A stretch of DNA of 63,629 nt, the filler included. It is 12 parts of 12 records of this genome, joined end to end, with 100 filler letters (N's around TTAATTAATTAA, not from the genome) between each part and the next. Parts side by side here need not be neighbours in the genome. Positions count along the whole stretch, not along the records: positions 54,668 to 59,804 come from SRR15195285_1500; positions 59,905 to 63,629 come from SRR15195285_1506; 10 more parts are not named here. One strand, 5' to 3'. Position numbers and translations under genes: made by a program. A model generated the notes under the pieces. It worked only from the letters and a program-made list of their open reading frames with translations, did no database searches and had not been told where the DNA came from. Below are positions 59,700 to 63,629 of the stretch, one piece after another (the first letter of the stretch is position 1; each line of letters starts with the position of its first letter).

Positions 59700-60297
59700 T
59701 TGGCGACCAACGGTGCCAAACCATCTCGGCGTGCTGCCGCTGGCACAATCTGATCGGCCGCGCGACTCACCGATTCAGTGAGAATCGGACGCTAACCAAA
59801 ATCANNNNNNNNNNNNNNNNNNNNNNNNNNNNNNNNNNNNNNNNNNNNTTAATTAATTAANNNNNNNNNNNNNNNNNNNNNNNNNNNNNNNNNNNNNNNN
59901 NNNNGAGCGACGCCTTTGAATTCCTACCAGGACGAAAGCAGTCAGGATACCGAAGAGCGCCCCGAACAATTGACCCAAAATATCATAGTTTCAGTACCGG
60001 GTACGTTGTTACGGTAATTGTCTGATTTTCAATTATCGGAATTGACCCGCCCGAGGATGCGTATTCGACGTATATGGGTTGTGCGCGGCCGCCAACTTAT
60101 TAGCCGCAGCTAGTACGACGCGTACCGACGGTACTGATCTGCCAGTGCGTGTGGCGTGGCGCCCCGCTGCCGCTTGTGTGATGGACCCGCGCAGCCTAGC
60201 ACATGGTTCGACTTTGCCGAGCAGGGTGCACCACCGCCTGCAGCGAATCCATGCTCACGTCGAGTTCATCGAACCTCGCCATGTAGTTCTCCAAGCC

Positions 60298-61362
60298 ATG
60301 GCGACGGCGACGGGCGCCAGCCGCAGAGATCCGTATGAGGTCTTAGGCGTCGCGAGAGATGCCGACGAGGCGACGCTGAAGAAGGCCTACCGACGGCTAG
60401 CGGTACGGTACCACCCAGATAAGAATCCAGACAATCCAGAAGAAGCTGAGAGACTGTTCAAGGAGATCGGAGAAAGCTATGCCGTCCTGTCGGACCCGGA
60501 CTCTCGCGCCGCATTCGACCGGCTTGGCTGGGCGGGTGTTGACGCGGCTGCGTCTGGTGGCGGCAGACCAGCGGCCGGAGTGTTCGGTGGTGGTCCCAGT
60601 GGCACAACATTTCACTTCAACGGTGCCAACATGGGAGGCGGTGATTTTGACGCACGGAAGCTCTTTGAACAGTTCTTTGGCGGCAACAGTCCGTTCAGCA
60701 GCAATGGTCCATTTGGTGGTGGTCGTGGCAGTCCATTCGGCGGTGCCCATCCGTTTGGCCGTGCCGGGCCATTCGGCAATGGTGGTCCGTTTGCTCAACA
60801 TGGGATGCGCCCGGAACCAGAGCCAGAGCGAGTTGACGTGATCCCACCAGATACGCGCGTGCGAGTGCGTGGTCTTCTGCACGCAACAGAGCACAATGGG
60901 AAGGACGGGAAAGTAGAGTCGTTCGATGGCGTCCGGTACACTGTCTGCACAGATGATGGCTCCACGCGGCTCCGGCTCCGACCAGAGAACTGCCAGCAAC
61001 TAATCTCAGACGCTGAACTCATTGGGATCGTCTCGAATCCTGAGCTGAACGGCCAGCGCTGCACCATCATTGGCTTCGACGAACCAGCTGCAGGTGGCTC
61101 CACAGCAGAAGGTGGCCTTGCGACAGCAGGGCGTTTTCGCGTCGAGCTGCCGAACGGTCGACCCGCATCGCTCCCTGTGCGGAATATCATCCTCCCGAAT
61201 GGCTGTAGAGCGTGGGTGGTTGGGTTGGAGAGCGCCACAGCAGCGCAGTGGAATGACAGGTGGGGCAAGGTTGCGGGTTGGGACAACACGTCGGAGAGGT
61301 ATCTGGTGGCAGTGGAAGATGATAGACTACTCAAAATACGGCCGGATAACTTGCGGACCTAG
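60298..61362 (+). CDS. DnaJ/Hsp40 J-domain protein with G/F region and three small C-terminal beta-barrel-like repeats
   Basis: [11 protein letters not shown] and G/F-rich linker; repeats VRVRGL...HNGKDGKV...RYTV, LIGI...LNGQRCTI...RFRV and WVVGL...WNDRWGKV...RYLV. Confidence 0.88.
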   Translation: MATATGASRRDPYEVLGVARDADEATLKKAYRRLAVRYHPDKNPDNPEEAERLFKEIGESYAVLSDPDSRAAFDRLGWAGVDAAASGGGRPAAGVFGGGPSGTTFHFNGANMGGGDFDARKLFEQFFGGNSPFSSNGPFGGGRGSPFGGAHPFGRAGPFGNGGPFAQHGMRPEPEPERVDVIPPDTRVRVRGLLHATEHNGKDGKVESFDGVRYTVCTDDGSTRLRLRPENCQQLISDAELIGIVSNPELNGQRCTIIGFDEPAAGGSTAEGGLATAGRFRVELPNGRPASLPVRNIILPNGCRAWVVGLESATAAQWNDRWGKVAGWDNTSERYLVAVEDDRLLKIRPDNLRT

Positions 61363-61568
61363 TCCGAAATCCATGGACTTCTGCGCTTGGGTACACCCAA
61401 TAACCAATACAGTGGGTCTTTCAATCACTCGAAAGAAAAAACTACTCCACACTGCGCACAACATCATGGCAGCGAACTTTGGATACGCTGCTTGCAAATC
61501 GAGTGCTGCCGAGCAGGAGATTAGTTCCTGTGCTAAACTGGGTTACTGGTGCAGCCATTCCGCAGACC

Positions 61569-63449
61569 CTATCGGCGTGCAAGCACTCGCACACTCTCTT
61601 CACGCAGCTCAGCTGCCACAATCAAGTTCCCAAGCACCGGATCTCCCACGGCATGCTGCACCCGTAGCTCCAATTCACATTCGAGCCGGGAGTTTGGGGC
61701 GCAAATTACGTCCCGCAGGTAGATCGCACCAACACCTAAAACTTCATCGACAGCGAGGCCACCATACCCAGGCATCGTGCTTGCCTCGGGGCGCACGCCG
61801 CGAACCACGAAGGCAAGCTTTGCCAACCCCCACCACTCCGCTCCAACCCCACCACCTGCCCCAGCACTGTTGTAGCCACAGCGTGCACCGCCCACGCTCA
61901 CCACCGCGTTGCATGCAAAGTCAATGGAGCCGCCGTGCGAGGCTAACGTGCCAGCAACACAAGTCTCCTTGGGCTCCATCCAAGAGGGAAACTGGCACGA
62001 GAGGTAGTAGAATGGAGCCGAGGCAGTGCCGACCGAAGTACGATGCTTCAGCTGCAGTTGTCCGCTGACAGATGAAAGTTGCAGCAACCAGAGAGTCAAG
62101 TTAGCGAAGAGCTTGCCTGAAAGGCAACTGACGGAATGGCAGGCAACGATCCGACGCCAGCACGGCATCAGTCATGAAGTAAGCGGGTTGACTAAGCTGT
62201 GTCTTACGCATACAGCCGCAGTGATCTGAGAGAACCCAGCATCGACTCCAGCGCCGGTGGAAATGTATACCTTTCCTGCGGTGCATCCACGGGGTTGAGG
62301 AGCTGACTCGGAGCCCAAGATCCGGCTGGAGATTCTGTGCCGCTGCCAGCAGCGTTTGGGCTCCAGGTTGGGGCGAGGCTGGAAACGAGCGGCCCGGGAA
62401 GAACCGAGCGCGACGCCCACGAGGACGGTGGCAGCGTTGCCTCGACCGCACCGGTATCTGCTGCCTGAGCAATCCGGTCGCGCAGCTCCTCTGCGCGGCT
62501 TAGCACGCGAGCCATGTTGTCTTCTTGCGTGCTGTAGGCGCTCCGCGTGCCGCGGGCCGACTCTCTGCTAGCAGGTCTAGGTCCGGCTGGTTGCTTCCTC
62601 GTGAAAGGAGCACCTGACCCGGACGGCGAGAAGAGCTCGTTGGCGCTGCGCGGACGTGCCAGCGGGAGCGGTGGCTCACCGCCCAGGATTCTGCTCAGAT
62701 CGATCGAACCTCCGCCTAGCCCTGCCTGTGCCAGCTGCTCGTTGGCAACGAACGCCGCAGTCGATTCAAGGCCGGCATCGAGGAGGATCTCGGCGTCAGA
62801 CTTGCGCGCAGCGTCAGAGCTGCCGGGCACAGCTGCTCGCGCGTTGGGTGCCGGTGCCGGTTGCTCCAGCGTCAACTGCACCTGGAGCGTGCCTATGGTC
62901 CTTAGGGACGCATCTTGCACATCAAACTCGCCCTCCGACATAACCGCGCCCATCACCGCCGTGGCCACCTTGAAGGGAACCTTGGCCCGTCCAACCGTGC
63001 GCTGTGTCTTCGCGTCGACAACATCGAGCACGAGGTGGCGGGCATCGCTGAGGTAGTGCACCAGCTTTTTCAGCGGGCACCGCACCGGGAAGCTCACATC
63101 GCCCGCGCGCCCAATGTTCGGGCTGAACGGCACGCCGGCCACCTGCGAGCACCCCCGCGATCGGCACGCCTCGTCAGCAGGCAGCCAGGCCAGCCAGAGT
63201 CCAGCGCCTCTGTGTCAAGCCAGAGATAGCATATCTATGAATAGAGAGAGAGCGAGCATATTGGCGCCTCACCGGCGGCTTGACGAGCGTCCCCCCGTCG
63301 GTCTGCCCCCACCACTTCGCCCTCACAAACCCATCCCTGCCCCTGCCCGGGAACTGCCTCGCCCACGCCAACCCCCGCACTGACAAGTGGACCACCGCGC
63401 GGACTCGACCCTCCACTGCGGGGGGCAGCGACGGACCGACCGACGCCAT
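61569..63449 (-). CDS. C2CD3-like centriolar C2-domain protein (N-terminal region); 3' exon structure uncertain
   Basis: SLPPAVEG, VRAKWWGQ and VRCPLKKLVHYLSD resemble the C2CD3 N-terminal C2 as I recall it; intron 63143-63272; a second C2-like piece DEVLGVGAIYLRDV. Confidence 0.65.
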
Positions 63450-63629
63450 CCCAGTCAACTGAGTGGGGTCAAAAAACGGCGACCAGCCTGCTGCACTCAA
63501 CTGTATTAGCTGAATTTTGTCACCTGCACGTGCACGCGCGTGTACGCGAGCGCTGTCTATATAAATATGACGGTCAGTGAGAAGTCGTCACCAGGATTTT
63601 CTGAGTTCAGGGGCCAACCTGGGCACATC

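Noticed and set aside
50629-59804. Acyltransferase fusion + aldo-keto reductase + NOX as one gene cluster
   Set aside because: NOX is on a different contig (spacer 54568-54667). The AKR is only a convergent partial neighbour with nothing linking it functionally.

Overview
This is eukaryotic, GC-rich, gene-dense DNA with short GT-AG spliceosomal introns. It is not one locus: about 12 contigs are joined by artificial 100-nt spacers (Ns around TTAATTAATTAA), so gene neighbourhood only has meaning within a contig. Ciliary/centriolar genes (a WDR60-like dynein-2 intermediate chain, a C2CD3-like protein) point to a flagellated protist, but I cannot name the taxon. Recognisable genes: a TIA-1/Pub1-like triple-RRM protein, a GH27 alpha-galactosidase, a PARP1-like protein, MCM6, a CaMK-type kinase with EF-hands and PH, a cytochrome b5/b5-reductase fusion, a tandem-PH protein, a bacterial-type NhaB, a secreted glycoside-hydrolase-like protein, an aldo-keto reductase, an NADPH oxidase and a DnaJ protein. 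The most notable observations are: (1) a single-chain NADPH oxidase carrying a Pro-rich N-terminus, an SH3 domain, a possible p22phox-like membrane block and a second SH3 inserted in the NADPH-binding domain; (2) two unrelated genes in which neighbouring introns are homologous to each other while the exons are not, suggesting local intron copying; (3) a type-I-FAS-like starter acyltransferase fused to a DUF2156/GNAT-like domain; (4) a contig-long ORF made of 48-aa helical repeats arranged in a 5-unit super-repeat; (5) a TIR/HET-like-TPR-EF-hand protein head-to-head with PARP. All gene models, splice sites and domain calls were made by eye from the sequence; no database searches were run.
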